From NCBI GenBank assembly GCA_046590275.1, contig JBKJTN010000064.1, positions 16,277 to 80,276 of the forward strand: a DNA stretch of 64,000 nt, given 5' to 3'. Shown in pieces: positions 9,634 through 20,244 of the stretch (position 1 is its first letter; every line of letters starts with the position of its first letter). This stretch comes from Novosphingobium sp. (GTDB lineage Bacteria > Pseudomonadota > Alphaproteobacteria > Sphingomonadales > Sphingomonadaceae). The notes under the pieces are model-generated. The model was not told the DNA's origin and made no database searches. It saw only the letters and a list, made by a program, of their open reading frames with translations. The position numbers and the translations under genes are program-made.

Positions 9634-12387
9634 GTGAGCGACGACACCGAAATTCCCGTTACCCCGCCAGAGCCAACTGGCCCGATCGGCGAATACCAGC
9701 GCATCGACATCGTCGATGAGATGAAGACCAGCTACCTCGATTACGCGATGAGCGTGATCGTCAGCCGTGCGTTGCCCGATGTGCGCGACGGGCTGAAGCC
9801 GGTCCATCGCCGCATTCTGTTCGCCAGCCAGGAAGGCGGCATGGTTGCGGGCAAGCCTTATCGCAAATGCGCCAAGATCGTCGGTGACGTGATGGGTAAT
9901 TATCACCCGCATGGTGATCTTGCGATCTATATGGCGCTGGTCCGCATGGCGCAGGACTGGTCTATGCGGGTGCCGCTGGTTGAGGGCCAGGGCAACTTCG
10001 GCTCAATGGACCCGGATGCCCCCGCCTCGATGCGTTACACCGAAGCGCGGCTGGCCAAGGTGGCCAACAGCCTGCTTGACGATCTAGACAAGAACACGGT
10101 TGATTTTCAGGACAATTACGACGGATCACGGCGCGAACCTTCGGTCTTGCCTGCCCGTTTCCCCAATCTGCTGGTCAATGGCGCGGGCGGCATTGCGGTT
10201 GGCATGGCAACCAACATTCCGCCGCACAATCTGGGCGAGGTGATCGATGGCTGCCTAGCCTTCATCGAAAATCCGGCGATTACATCCGAACAACTCATCG
10301 AAATCATTCCGGGGCCGGACTTTCCGACAGCGCCGCTCATCCTTGGCAGTGCTGGCGCGCGGTCCGCCTATCTGACGGGGCGCGGTTCGATCATCCAGCG
10401 TTGCCGCCATGTGGTGGAGGAGGGGCGCGGGGATCGGCGCTCAATTGTGCTGGTTTCGATGCCTTACCAGACCGGCAAGAATAATCTGGTCGAGAAAATT
10501 GCCGAAGCCGCCAAGGACAAGCGGATCGAAGGCGTCTCCGATATCCGCGATGAATCGAGCCGGATGGGCGTGCGCGTTGTCATCGATCTGAAGCGCGATG
10601 CGACCGCCGAAGTGGTGCTCAACCAGCTGTGGCGGCACACGCCTGCGCAATCGAGTTTCCCGGCCAATATGCTGGCGATTCGCGGCGGCCGACCGGAAAC
10701 CCTGATGCTGCGCGATATCATCGCGGCCTTTATTACCTTCCGCGAAGAAGTCATCACCCGGCGCACCAAGTTCGAACTCAACAAGGCGCGTGATCGTGCG
10801 CATATCTTGCTGGGTCTGGTGGTGGCGGTCACCAACATGGATGAAGTGGTGCGGATCATTCGCGGATCGCGCAATCCGCTTGCGGCCCGTGCGGCGCTGA
10901 CTGCGCGTGAGTGGCCGATTGGCGATATTGCCCAATATATCCGGCTGGTCGAAGCGATCGAGCCTGATGCCGAGCAGAGCGGCGGCACCTACAAGCTGTC
11001 CGAAGTGCAGGTAAAGGCCATCCTCGATCTGCGCCTGCACCGCCTCACCGCGCTGGGCCGCGACGAGATCGGGGACGAGTTGAAAGAGCTGGCGACCTTT
11101 ATCGAATACTACCTTTCGATTCTGGCTGACCGCGTGAAGCTCTATGGCGTGATGCGGGATGAGCTGGTGGCGGTGCGCGAAGCATTCGCGACCCCCCGCG
11201 TTTCCGAGATTACCGCCGCGTGGGATGGTCTGGACGACGAAGACCTGATCGAACGCGAAGACATGGTCGTGACCGTCACACTTGATGGCTATATCAAACG
11301 CACACCGCTCAGCACTTTCCGCGCGCAAAACCGCGGCGGCAAGGGCCGTGCCGGCATGGCGACCAAGCAAGAAGATGCGGTGGCGACTATGTTCGTCACC
11401 TCGACCCACAGCCCGGTGCTGTTCTTCTCGACCGCCGGCAAGGTCTATCGCCTCAAGGTCTGGCGCTTGCCCGAAGGCGGGCCGGCAACGCGCGGTCGGC
11501 CGATCGTCAATCTGCTGCCGGCGCTCGATCAGGGCGAGACCATCGCTGCCGTGCTTGCACTTCCCGAAGACGAGGCCAGCTGGGGCGAGCTAAATGTCGT
11601 TTTCGCTACCGCCAAGGGCAGCGTCCGCCGCAACAGCATGGATTCCTTTGCCAATATTCCCTCAAACGGGAAATTCGCAATGCGGTTTGACGAGGGCTCG
11701 GAAGATCGGTTGATCGGGGTTGCGCTGCTGACCAGCGATGATGATGTGCTGCTGGCAACCCGTCAGGGCAAGGCGATCCGCTTTGCCGCCGACGATATCC
11801 GCGAATTTGTCAGCCGCACGTCTACTGGCGTGCGCGGCATGACGCTGAAGGGCGCTGGCGACGAGGTTATCTCGCTTTCGATTCTCCACCGCGTCGGGAC
11901 TACTGCTGAAGAGCGCGAGCAATACCTCAAATTTGCGCCGTGGAAGGGCGATCGCGAAGGCGAATCCGAGCTTTCCGCCGAACGAATTTCTGAAATGGCG
12001 CAACGTGAGCAGTTCATCCTCACTGTCTGCGCCAATGGCTATGGCAAGATGTCCTCCGCCTACGAATACCGCCGCACCGGCCGCGGCGGCCAGGGCATCA
12101 CCAATATCGACAATATCGCCCGCAACGGCCCCGTAGTCGCCAGTTTCCCAGCAATTCTGGCCGATCAGCTGATGCTTGTGACTGATCAGGCCAAGCTGAT
12201 CCGCCTGCCGCTCGCAAGCCTCAGGGTGATTGGGCGCGGCAGCGCCGGGGTGCGGCTGTTCAACGTGTCCGATCAGGAACATGTCGTCAGCGCAGTCCGC
12301 CTTGCCGAAGATGCTGAGAGCGAAGGTGACGGCGAGGAAGCCGAATTTGAAGCCGAAACTGGCGATATCGAGGAGTCTGAGGGCTGA
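9634..12387 (+). CDS. gyrA: DNA gyrase subunit A
   Basis: Contains [30 protein letters not shown] and the active-site Tyr region, with an acidic C-terminal tail. The start is either GTG 9634 (MSDDTEI...) or TTG 9622. Confidence 0.95.
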   Translation: MSDDTEIPVTPPEPTGPIGEYQRIDIVDEMKTSYLDYAMSVIVSRALPDVRDGLKPVHRRILFASQEGGMVAGKPYRKCAKIVGDVMGNYHPHGDLAIYMALVRMAQDWSMRVPLVEGQGNFGSMDPDAPASMRYTEARLAKVANSLLDDLDKNTVDFQDNYDGSRREPSVLPARFPNLLVNGAGGIAVGMATNIPPHNLGEVIDGCLAFIENPAITSEQLIEIIPGPDFPTAPLILGSAGARSAYLTGRGSIIQRCRHVVEEGRGDRRSIVLVSMPYQTGKNNLVEKIAEAAKDKRIEGVSDIRDESSRMGVRVVIDLKRDATAEVVLNQLWRHTPAQSSFPANMLAIRGGRPETLMLRDIIAAFITFREEVITRRTKFELNKARDRAHILLGLVVAVTNMDEVVRIIRGSRNPLAARAALTAREWPIGDIAQYIRLVEAIEPDAEQSGGTYKLSEVQVKAILDLRLHRLTALGRDEIGDELKELATFIEYYLSILADRVKLYGVMRDELVAVREAFATPRVSEITAAWDGLDDEDLIEREDMVVTVTLDGYIKRTPLSTFRAQNRGGKGRAGMATKQEDAVATMFVTSTHSPVLFFSTAGKVYRLKVWRLPEGGPATRGRPIVNLLPALDQGETIAAVLALPEDEASWGELNVVFATAKGSVRRNSMDSFANIPSNGKFAMRFDEGSEDRLIGVALLTSDDDVLLATRQGKAIRFAADDIREFVSRTSTGVRGMTLKGAGDEVISLSILHRVGTTAEEREQYLKFAPWKGDREGESELSAERISEMAQREQFILTVCANGYGKMSSAYEYRRTGRGGQGITNIDNIARNGPVVASFPAILADQLMLVTDQAKLIRLPLASLRVIGRGSAGVRLFNVSDQEHVVSAVRLAEDAESEGDGEEAEFEAETGDIEESEG

Positions 12388-13229
12388 GCACTCTGCTGAT
12401 CGAACCGAGTGGCGGCGCCTGCGGGGCGCGTGTCACCGGGGTTGACCTGTCGCGGCCGCTGACGCCCGAGAACTGCGCTGCAATTCGATCCGCATGGCTT
12501 GAACATCATGTCCTCGCCTTTCCCGATCAGCAAATCGGCGACGATGATCTGGAGCGGTTCACCCTGTCCTTCGGTCCTTTTGGCAACGATCCGTTTTTTG
12601 CGCCGATTGCGGGGCGCGAACATATCGCGGCAGTGCGCCGCGAGGTGGACGAGAAATCGCCGCTGTTTGCGGAAAACTGGCATACCGACTGGAGTTTCCA
12701 GGCTTACCCACCATCAGGGACCTGTCTGATGGCAGTCGATATCCCGCCGATGGGCGGCGATACGCTGTTCGCCAATCAACACGCCGCGTGGGAGGCCCTG
12801 CCTGGGACCCGCAAACAGCAGCTGGCAGATCTGGTCGCGACCCACAGCGCCCGGCTCGCTTATGCACCCGATGGTACCTATGGCACCAAAGATGCAGGGC
12901 GAAGCATGGATATAAGGCCAAGCGAAGAAGCCATGGCAGTCCAATTGCATCCGCTGGTCCCTTCCCACCCCGAAACCGGGCGGCGCGGATTTTACAGTAC
13001 ACTGGGCTATATTATCGGGATTGATGGGATGGAGCAGGAAGCCGCAATCCCGCTGCTGATGGAACTGCAGCAATGGCAGGGCGATGAGCGGTTCGTCTTT
13101 GCCCAGAAGTGGGAGCCCGGGATGCTGGTGATGTGGGACAACCGCTCGCTGCTCCACCGCGCCACCGGCGGTTATGAAGGCCACCGCCGCGAATTGCACC
13201 GCACGACGATTGCCGCTTGGCGGGGCTAG
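12384..13229 (+). CDS. TauD/TfdA family Fe(II)/2-oxoglutarate dioxygenase (probable CTG start)
   Basis: The HTDWSF (HxD) motif and family-like sequence continue 84 codons upstream of the ORF-track start (12633), back to the in-frame stop at 12378-12380. That stretch has no ATG/GTG/TTG. A CTG at 12384 is preceded by GAGGAG 8 nt upstream. Confidence 0.7.
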   Translation: MSTLLIEPSGGACGARVTGVDLSRPLTPENCAAIRSAWLEHHVLAFPDQQIGDDDLERFTLSFGPFGNDPFFAPIAGREHIAAVRREVDEKSPLFAENWHTDWSFQAYPPSGTCLMAVDIPPMGGDTLFANQHAAWEALPGTRKQQLADLVATHSARLAYAPDGTYGTKDAGRSMDIRPSEEAMAVQLHPLVPSHPETGRRGFYSTLGYIIGIDGMEQEAAIPLLMELQQWQGDERFVFAQKWEPGMLVMWDNRSLLHRATGGYEGHRRELHRTTIAAWRG

Positions 13230-13882
13230 ATGTCGCGATTGCGCAGGGCCGAAATAACCCCGGTGCAAATCAGAAACTGCCCGAAATAATACAGTGGCCA
13301 GATCAGCAATCCCGGCAAGGCGCTGCTCTCCAGCGGGCCAAGCCGGGCGAAAATCAACAGGTCGGACGCCACAAACATCACCGCCCCCAGTCCAACCCGG
13401 TAACGGGGAAAGCTGCTTGACCAGGCAGCGGCAGCCATTCCGCCCAGCGACAGCGCATATACCGCGACCCCCGGCGCGGCAGCGCGATCGGCGGGGAGAA
13501 GGAAGGCGATAATCGGTGTCCCGAGCAACAGCGCGACTGCCGCGCCCTTCTGGCTTGGCGTCAGCACCACCCGCCGGTGGCGCAGATAGAGCGTGATTGC
13601 GATCACGTGGCCGAACAGAAAGGCAATTGCCCCGGCATAAAGGCTGAGCTCGATCAGCACATCACCCAGCGCGCCAAAGGCCATGACCAGCGCAATTGTC
13701 TGGCCATCTTTCCCACCGTGACGTTGGACTGCATATAACGCCAGAAGCGCGACCCCTGCCCCCTTCCATGCCATCTGGTATAGTCCGGGAAGACCGGAAT
13801 CCTTGATGAAATAGAAACTGATCGCCGCCGCCAGACTGGCGAGCAACCATGGACGTTTTTCTATCAAGGCGCGTTTCGGCAT
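13226..13882 (-). CDS. YhhN-family membrane protein (lysoplasmalogenase-like)
   Basis: 218 aa with about 7 TM helices and a YhhN-like composition. Confidence 0.65.
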   Translation of the reverse strand: MPKRALIEKRPWLLASLAAAISFYFIKDSGLPGLYQMAWKGAGVALLALYAVQRHGGKDGQTIALVMAFGALGDVLIELSLYAGAIAFLFGHVIAITLYLRHRRVVLTPSQKGAAVALLLGTPIIAFLLPADRAAAPGVAVYALSLGGMAAAAWSSSFPRYRVGLGAVMFVASDLLIFARLGPLESSALPGLLIWPLYYFGQFLICTGVISALRNRDI

Positions 13883-13951
13883 AGCAGTTTTTTCTCCCCG
13901 CTTGTGCTTGGCGCTGTATATTCACGAACGCAACAGCTAGTCGCCAGCGTT

Positions 13952-15292
13952 ATGAATCATGACATCCACATCATCGGTGGCGGCCTCGCTGGAAGCGAGG
14001 CGGCCTGGCAGCTCGCGCGGCGCGGATTGCGGGTGCGCCTTTCAGAAATGCGCGGAACGGGTGAACGCTCGCCCGCGCACCAGACCGACGGGCTGGCTGA
14101 ACTGGTTTGCTCCAACAGTTTCCGCTCCGATGATTCGGACAAGAACGCGGTCGGCCTGCTCCATTACGAGATGCGCGAACTCGGCTCGCTGGTGATGGCC
14201 GCGGCCGACAAGGCCAGCGTTCCAGCCGGATCGGCGCTGGCGGTTGACCGTGACGTTTTTTCGGCTGAGGTCGAAAAGGCTCTTGCTGCCCAGCCCACGC
14301 TGGAAGTCGTGCGTGAGCGGATTGATCGGCTGCCATCCGCCGGGTTGACGATCGTCGCGACCGGGCCATTGACCGCCGCCAGCCTCGCCCACAGCATCGG
14401 CGGCGCAACCGGGGCTGAAAGCCTGGCCTTCTTCGATGCCATCGCGCCAATCGTCCACCGTGACAGCATCGATATGGATATCTGCTGGATGGCCTCGCGC
14501 TGGGAAAAAGGCTCTGGCCCCGAAGGCGATGGCAAAGACTACATCAATTGCCCGATGAACCGCGATCAATACACCGCCTTCCACCAGGGGCTGCTCGATG
14601 GCGAGAAGACTGTGTTCCGCGAATGGGAAGCGAACACCCCCTATTTCGATGGCTGCATGCCGATCGAGGTGATGGCCGCGCGCGGGCAGGATACGTTGCG
14701 GTTCGGGCCGATGAAGCCAGTTGGGCTTGATAACCCGCGCACTGGCTACTGGCCATGGGCAGTGGTCCAGCTGCGTCAGGACAACAAGCTGGGCACGCTG
14801 TGGAACATGGTGGGTTTCCAGACCAAGCTGAAACACGCCGAGCAGGTCCGGCTGTTCCGCACCATTCCGGGGCTGGAGAATGCCGAGTTTGCCCGGCTGG
14901 GCGGGCTGCACCGCAACACTTTCATCAACTCGCCGGTGCTGCTCGATCGCCAGTTCCGCCTGAAAACTGCGCCGCATATCCGCTTCGCAGGCCAGATTAC
15001 CGGTTGCGAGGGCTATGTCGAAAGCGCCGCGGTCGGCCTTGTCGCGGGGATCATGGCCGCAGCCGAAATAGCGGGCCAGCCTTGGCAGGATCCGCCCCGC
15101 ACCACTGCGCTTGGCGCCTTGATGGCGCATATTACCGGCGATGCCGAGGCGGCGAGCTATCAGCCGATGAACGTCAACTTCGGCCTGTTCCCTTCACCGC
15201 CCGAAGAGGTGAAGAAGAAGCAGCGCAAGGAAGCCTATACCATCAGGGCCAAGGCCGATCTGCCTGGCTGGTTGGCCGGAGTAGCCGTCTAG
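13952..15292 (+). CDS. trmFO: Methylenetetrahydrofolate--tRNA-(uracil-5-)-methyltransferase
   Basis: Has an FAD-binding [14 protein letters not shown] and TrmFO/Gid signature blocks. I placed the start at the internal ATG 13952. Confidence 0.92.
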   Translation: MNHDIHIIGGGLAGSEAAWQLARRGLRVRLSEMRGTGERSPAHQTDGLAELVCSNSFRSDDSDKNAVGLLHYEMRELGSLVMAAADKASVPAGSALAVDRDVFSAEVEKALAAQPTLEVVRERIDRLPSAGLTIVATGPLTAASLAHSIGGATGAESLAFFDAIAPIVHRDSIDMDICWMASRWEKGSGPEGDGKDYINCPMNRDQYTAFHQGLLDGEKTVFREWEANTPYFDGCMPIEVMAARGQDTLRFGPMKPVGLDNPRTGYWPWAVVQLRQDNKLGTLWNMVGFQTKLKHAEQVRLFRTIPGLENAEFARLGGLHRNTFINSPVLLDRQFRLKTAPHIRFAGQITGCEGYVESAAVGLVAGIMAAAEIAGQPWQDPPRTTALGALMAHITGDAEAASYQPMNVNFGLFPSPPEEVKKKQRKEAYTIRAKADLPGWLAGVAV

Positions 15293-15850
15293 CTACTGCA
15301 GTGAATCGAATACTTCATCGAATTCGCTGTTTTCCAGTGCGTCGGGTTGCCGGCCTGTGACGCGCTGCGGCAATCCCTTGGCCGGGGTGCTACAGCGACA
15401 TTGCGGCTGCGCGTTGATCTTGGGCTTGGTAGTTGCGAACTCCTCGCGGCTCAGGATCGCGTCGCCATTGCGATCAGCGGATTTGAAACGGTTTGCCGTT
15501 CGCACCGCCCATTCCTCAAAGGTCAGCAGATTGTTGCCATCGAGATCGAGCTTGCGAAAATCGCGGGTGCGGATGGAAAGCATCTCGTTGCGTGTGATCC
15601 TCCCATCAAAATCACGGTCGATCCGCCCAAAGCGGCGCTGTTCGCGGTTGAGCTCGGTGGCTTCGGGCGGAGCCGGGCCGCGCTTTCCGCGAACATCCCC
15701 GCTCGGCAATGCGCCGGGCTCGGCGACTTCTTCGCCCGCAAGGCTGGGCGGTGGTGCGCCGGTTTCAGTCGCCGCGCGGCCCTGCCACCAGAACAACCCG
15801 GCCCCGACCAGCAACAGCGCCGCGACAGCCCCCAGCACCATACGATTCAT
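15293..15850 (-). CDS. Membrane-anchored EF-hand calcium-binding protein
   Basis: N-terminal TM helix followed by three EF-hand loops: DRDFDGRITRNE, DLDGNNLLTFEE and DRNGDAILSREE. Confidence 0.75.
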   Translation of the reverse strand: MNRMVLGAVAALLLVGAGLFWWQGRAATETGAPPPSLAGEEVAEPGALPSGDVRGKRGPAPPEATELNREQRRFGRIDRDFDGRITRNEMLSIRTRDFRKLDLDGNNLLTFEEWAVRTANRFKSADRNGDAILSREEFATTKPKINAQPQCRCSTPAKGLPQRVTGRQPDALENSEFDEVFDSLQ

Positions 15851-15882
15851 TCAGAATATTCCATTATGCCCAGCACCATAAC

Positions 15883-16542
15883 CTAACGCCCCAGCAAGCC
15901 AAGCCGCAAGGCGACCAGTCCCGCTCCGCCGCCCGCCAGCAAATCGCCTTCGCCGCGCCGCATCGCTCGTCTGGCCAGACCGTGCAGCACCGCCAGTGGG
16001 CGCAAACTGCGGGGCAGGCGATTCCGCCGCCAGTCCAGTTGGTCCGCCAGTTCCCGCGCTGCGGAGCGCTCGGAGGGATCACCCAGCTTGCCGGACAAGT
16101 CCACCAGCGCCCAGCCCCGTGCGGCGCGGATCGCTTCGTCCGGATCGGCCTGAAGCAAGCGAGCCAGAGCGCCGAAGGCACTCGCCCGGCCATCGGCAAG
16201 CCGCTCCAGCGCATCGCCTTGCAAGGGCGGGTCCCCGAGCAGGCCCTCCCAGCCATCGACCAAGGCGGATAGTGCCCCGGCTTCGGCACCCCATAAACGG
16301 AGCACAGCGAGCACCGGCTCGCCTTCCGGCCATGCCTCGGGCTTCTCGCAAAGCCGATCGCGCCACCATGCCAGCCTGACCTGCCCCAACAGCGTCTCAC
16401 GGGTGCCTCGGACAATCCCGGCCAGCCGGCAATCCAGCGCAAACAGGCCCAGCGTCAGCGCGCGAGCCCGGGCCGGGGCATAGGACAAGGCCAGACGGAG
16501 GTGGACCGGCAGCAGTTCCACAAGAGGATCAGGTGACATCAC
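15883..16542 (-). CDS. Short squalene/phytoene synthase family (NDUFAF6-like) protein
   Basis: 219 aa. The N-terminal pattern LALSYAP...LFALDCRLAGIVR...LGQVRLAWWRD is typical of the short alphaproteobacterial SQS_PSY family proteins. Confidence 0.6.
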   Translation of the reverse strand: MMSPDPLVELLPVHLRLALSYAPARARALTLGLFALDCRLAGIVRGTRETLLGQVRLAWWRDRLCEKPEAWPEGEPVLAVLRLWGAEAGALSALVDGWEGLLGDPPLQGDALERLADGRASAFGALARLLQADPDEAIRAARGWALVDLSGKLGDPSERSAARELADQLDWRRNRLPRSLRPLAVLHGLARRAMRRGEGDLLAGGGAGLVALRLGLLGR

Positions 16543-16689
16543 TGCACCGTCTCATCAGCGGTGACCGAGTCAAGCATGTCGATGAAATTTTTGGCAATCC
16601 TAAGCACAAATTAACTGTGTTGCTTGAAGGTCCGCTCATCATGCCCCGCTATGAGCATGGTGTTCTGATAGCTATTTCAGGGGCTTTGC

Positions 16690-17988
16690 ATGTTCAAATC
16701 GATAATCCGGACGTTGCGCGCATTGCGATCGCATATCAGCGGAAACGCGACGCTGCTGGTCGCTATTGGCATGCCTGCATTCATGGGCGCGGCCGGCCTC
16801 GCGGTGGACGTAACGCAGTGGTACGCGTGGAAGCGCGAATTGCAGCTGGCGACCGATCAGGCGGCCATCGCCGGAGCATGGGCGCGCACCGACAGCGCCA
16901 CGGCAAGCACCTACATCACGCGCGCGAAGCAGGATTATAACGCCAATCTGACCCTCGTTAAGAAATTCGCCTCAATCCCCACAGTTCAACTGGCTAATTA
17001 TGCCAACGGGGTTGCCAACAGCGTTGCCGTGACGGCGACTGCAAGCAAGGCCCTGCCGTTCTCCAGCATCATCACTGGCGAAGCTGCGACAATCCAGGCC
17101 TATTCTCAGGCAAGTTTTGCCAAGGGCGCAGACTATTCAGCCTGCCTCATTGCCACTGCTGGCACTGGTTCTGGGACCTTGAATGTAGGTGGAAACGCTA
17201 CCGTCAAAGCGAAATGCGGCCTCGCCGCGCTGTCTTGCTCGAATGATGCGATCACCATTTCTTCTAACGCAACCGTGACAACTGATTCGATTGCCACTTG
17301 CGGCACAGTCGATGCGCCGTCCTCGCTCGATCCCGTCATTACCGAGAATCTCGGAGCGGGTGTTCTGACGGACGCCTATGCGGCATTGTCACCGCCAAAC
17401 AACCCCACCGCGCGAACCTATGCTTGCACCGGCAAAGGGGCCGTCAAGACGGCGACACCGCTCGCGGGGACCTACACCGGCGGACTGAAGGTTGCTTGCC
17501 CAACGACGCTCGGCAAGGGGATTTACGTCATTAACGGCGGTGACCTCGATCTATCCGCCAATTACAATGTCACTGGCACGAACGTCATGTTCGTGCTGAA
17601 AAACGGCGCAACCCTGAAACTGGGCGGTAGCGGCAATGGCAATACCGTTAAGCTAACCCCAATGCAGTCTGCTGACTTTGTCGCGGCTGGTTACAGTCTG
17701 ACGCTGGCCAACAAATATGCCAACATGCTGATTTTTGAAGATCGAACCAGTAACCCGACCCAAAATCACATTATCAACGGCAACTCGACCTCGCTTTTTC
17801 AGGGAACGATTTATCTGCCCAAAGGTACCGCGCAAATCAACGGTACGGCCAATCTTACCAGCACTTGCCTGCAGATCTCGGCGTTCAAGATCACCATTCT
17901 GGGTAACGCCGTGCTTGATACCCAATGCCCGACCTCAGCTGCAATCCATCTCGGTTCAGCAACAGCAAAGGTGAGACTCGTCGTATGA
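16690..17988 (+). CDS. TadG-like Flp pilus assembly protein
   Basis: The N-terminal GNATLLVAIGMPAFMGAAGLAVDVTQWY matches the TadE/G-like membrane segment. A large Thr/Asn/Gly-rich C-terminal domain follows. Confidence 0.72.
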   Translation: MFKSIIRTLRALRSHISGNATLLVAIGMPAFMGAAGLAVDVTQWYAWKRELQLATDQAAIAGAWARTDSATASTYITRAKQDYNANLTLVKKFASIPTVQLANYANGVANSVAVTATASKALPFSSIITGEAATIQAYSQASFAKGADYSACLIATAGTGSGTLNVGGNATVKAKCGLAALSCSNDAITISSNATVTTDSIATCGTVDAPSSLDPVITENLGAGVLTDAYAALSPPNNPTARTYACTGKGAVKTATPLAGTYTGGLKVACPTTLGKGIYVINGGDLDLSANYNVTGTNVMFVLKNGATLKLGGSGNGNTVKLTPMQSADFVAAGYSLTLANKYANMLIFEDRTSNPTQNHIINGNSTSLFQGTIYLPKGTAQINGTANLTSTCLQISAFKITILGNAVLDTQCPTSAAIHLGSATAKVRLVV

Positions 17989-18458
17989 TCCGGTTTGGCT
18001 TCACCCCTCTGCGCTGGCTCGCGTCGCTCGCCAAGGACGAGCGCGGGACGACCGTGATTGAAACCGCGATTGTGGCGCCAGTGCTGGTTTTAATGGCACT
18101 GGGCAGCTATGATGTCAGCCAAATGATTGCTCGGCAGCATGAACTGCAGAGCGGTGCAGCGGACGTTGAAGGCATAATTTTCGCTGTTGCGTCCGGCACT
18201 GCAACCGATACGATCAAGATCAAGCAGGTGCTCATGGCCTCTCTGGGACTGACTACCAGCCAAGTCACCGTGGCAAAAGTCTACCGCTGCGGAACTACGA
18301 CTGCCCTTGTAACCAGCAGCTCAAGCTGCGCAACAGGCACACAGGTTTCGACCTATGTTAAGGTGAGCTTCACCGACAGATATTCGCCTATCTGGACGGA
18401 TTTCGGTGTTGGAGCGCCGCTTGATTATAACGTTGTCAGGACGGTGCAGGTCGGATGA
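17985..18458 (+). CDS. TadE-like pseudopilin
   Basis: Contains the DERGTTVIETAIVAPVLVLMALG TadE N-terminal motif. Its ATG overlaps the upstream stop. Confidence 0.7.
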   Translation: MIRFGFTPLRWLASLAKDERGTTVIETAIVAPVLVLMALGSYDVSQMIARQHELQSGAADVEGIIFAVASGTATDTIKIKQVLMASLGLTTSQVTVAKVYRCGTTTALVTSSSSCATGTQVSTYVKVSFTDRYSPIWTDFGVGAPLDYNVVRTVQVG

Positions 18459-18889
18459 AAAATCGCAAACTATTCGCGCCGATTCTGTCTGACAATCGCG
18501 GTTCCGCATTGATCGAGTTTGCCATTCTTGCGCCGGCCTTGATCGGCATGATGATGGGCATCTTGTATGTCGGGCTGCAGATGATGAGCTATAATTCGCT
18601 CCGCTCCATCTCATCAGACATCGCGCGCTACACCTTAGTCGAATATCAAAAGGACATCAAAATCACTCGTCAAAATATCCAAGACAAGGCGATCGCGATC
18701 GCGGTCAATGCGCCCTATGGCTTGGATGCGAATGATCTGACTATTGTCGTCACAAAGCCAGATTCGGATATCAGCGGTACCTCCAAGTTCAATGTTGCGA
18801 TCACTTATACGCCCTATAATCCAGTCGGTTTCCTGGGGATCGATGACCCGTCCATGGTCGAAAGCCGATCGTTCTACGTTGGAGCCTGA
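18455..18889 (+). CDS. TadE/TadF-like pseudopilin
   Basis: Contains the [22 protein letters not shown] TadE-type N-terminus. Its start overlaps the upstream stop (ATGA). Confidence 0.7.
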   Translation: MKNRKLFAPILSDNRGSALIEFAILAPALIGMMMGILYVGLQMMSYNSLRSISSDIARYTLVEYQKDIKITRQNIQDKAIAIAVNAPYGLDANDLTIVVTKPDSDISGTSKFNVAITYTPYNPVGFLGIDDPSMVESRSFYVGA

Positions 18890-20244
18890 ACTGCGCTAGT
18901 CTGGCGATAACATACCTGCCGCACCGCATCAGCGATCCGGGCCGCGTCGATCAGGGCCGCTTTTTCCAGATTGGCCGCATAGGGTAGCGGAACATCCTCG
19001 TTGCAAACCCGCAGGACCGGGGCATCGAGATGGTCGAATCCCTCTTCCATACAGATCGCCATGATCTCTGACGCTATGCCGCACACCGGCCAGCCTTCTT
19101 CGGCCACCACCAGACGGTTGGTCTTGGCCAGGCTGGTCAACACTGCCGCGCGGTCAAGCGGACGCAGCGTGCGCAGATCGATCACTTCGGCGTTGATGCC
19201 CTCTGCGGCGAGTGTCTCGGCTGCATCCAGAGCCAATCCAACCCCGATCGAATAACTGACGATGGTTACGTCCGCGCCTTCGCGCATGATCCGGGCCTTG
19301 CCGATCGGCAGAACGTGGTCGTCCAGCTCCGGCAGTTCGAAAGTCCTGCCATAGACCAGCTCGTTTTCGAGGAAGACTACCGGGTCTTCGCTGCGAATCG
19401 CGGCTTTCAGCAGCCCCTTGGCGTCTGCGGCATCATAAGGTGCAATGACCACGAGGCCCGGGACACTGGCATACCACGGGCCAAAGTTCTGGCTGTGCTG
19501 CGCGCCGACCCTCGTTGCCGCGCCATTAGGTCCGCGGAACACCACCGGGCAACGCATCTGTCCGCCTGACATATAATTGGTTTTCGCCGCAGAATTGATA
19601 ATATGATCAATCGCTTGCATGGCAAAGTTGAAAGTCATGAACTCGATGATCGGGCGCAGGCCGCCCATCGCTGCGCCCGTGCCGATCCCGGCGAAGCCGT
19701 ATTCGGTAATCGGGGTATCGATCACCCGCTTCGGGCCGAACTCATCGAGCAGTCCCTGGGTGACTTTGTAAGCGCCCTGATACTCGGCCACTTCCTCGCC
19801 CATCACGAACACGCGCGGATCGCGCCGCATTTCCTCGGCCATCGCGTCGCGCAAGGCTTCGCGGACAGAAGTCGTTTTCATGTTGGTGCCGGCCGGAATC
19901 GCGGGATCGGCCTTTCGCAGAGCCGGGGCCGGACGGGAAGCGGCTTGAACTTCGGGGGCTACGGCCAGGACAGGTGCAGCAGCTTTGGTGGGAGCGGACT
20001 CACCCTCCCCGCCCATCACCGCTATAACCGTACCCACTTTCACACCCTCGGTTCCTTCGGGAACCAGGATCTGACCGACCACGCCCTCGTCAACGGCTTC
20101 GAACTCCATCGTTGCCTTGTCAGTCTCGATCTCGGCGAGGATATCGCCGGATTTGACCGTGTCGCCCTCCTTGACCAGCCACTTGGCGAGCGTTCCTTCC
20201 TCCATCGTCGGGGAAAGCGCCGGCATTTTCAGTTCTATGGTCAT
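18874..20244 (-). CDS. pdhB: Pyruvate dehydrogenase E1 component beta subunit with N-terminal lipoyl domain
   Basis: The N-terminal lipoyl domain ([15 protein letters not shown]...[10 protein letters not shown]) is followed by the transketolase-like E1-beta domain. Confidence 0.93.
   Translation of the reverse strand: MTIELKMPALSPTMEEGTLAKWLVKEGDTVKSGDILAEIETDKATMEFEAVDEGVVGQILVPEGTEGVKVGTVIAVMGGEGESAPTKAAAPVLAVAPEVQAASRPAPALRKADPAIPAGTNMKTTSVREALRDAMAEEMRRDPRVFVMGEEVAEYQGAYKVTQGLLDEFGPKRVIDTPITEYGFAGIGTGAAMGGLRPIIEFMTFNFAMQAIDHIINSAAKTNYMSGGQMRCPVVFRGPNGAATRVGAQHSQNFGPWYASVPGLVVIAPYDAADAKGLLKAAIRSEDPVVFLENELVYGRTFELPELDDHVLPIGKARIMREGADVTIVSYSIGVGLALDAAETLAAEGINAEVIDLRTLRPLDRAAVLTSLAKTNRLVVAEEGWPVCGIASEIMAICMEEGFDHLDAPVLRVCNEDVPLPYAANLEKAALIDAARIADAVRQVCYRQTSAVQAPT

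Noticed and set aside
16533-16940. A 135-aa ORF, plus a search for a hidden flp pilin gene in the AT-rich leader before the TadG-like gene.
   Set aside because: The ORF overlaps the tadG-like start with no motif. The only short ORF in the leader is 11 codons (MSMKFLAILSTN) and lacks the Flp G/XXXXEY processing motif.
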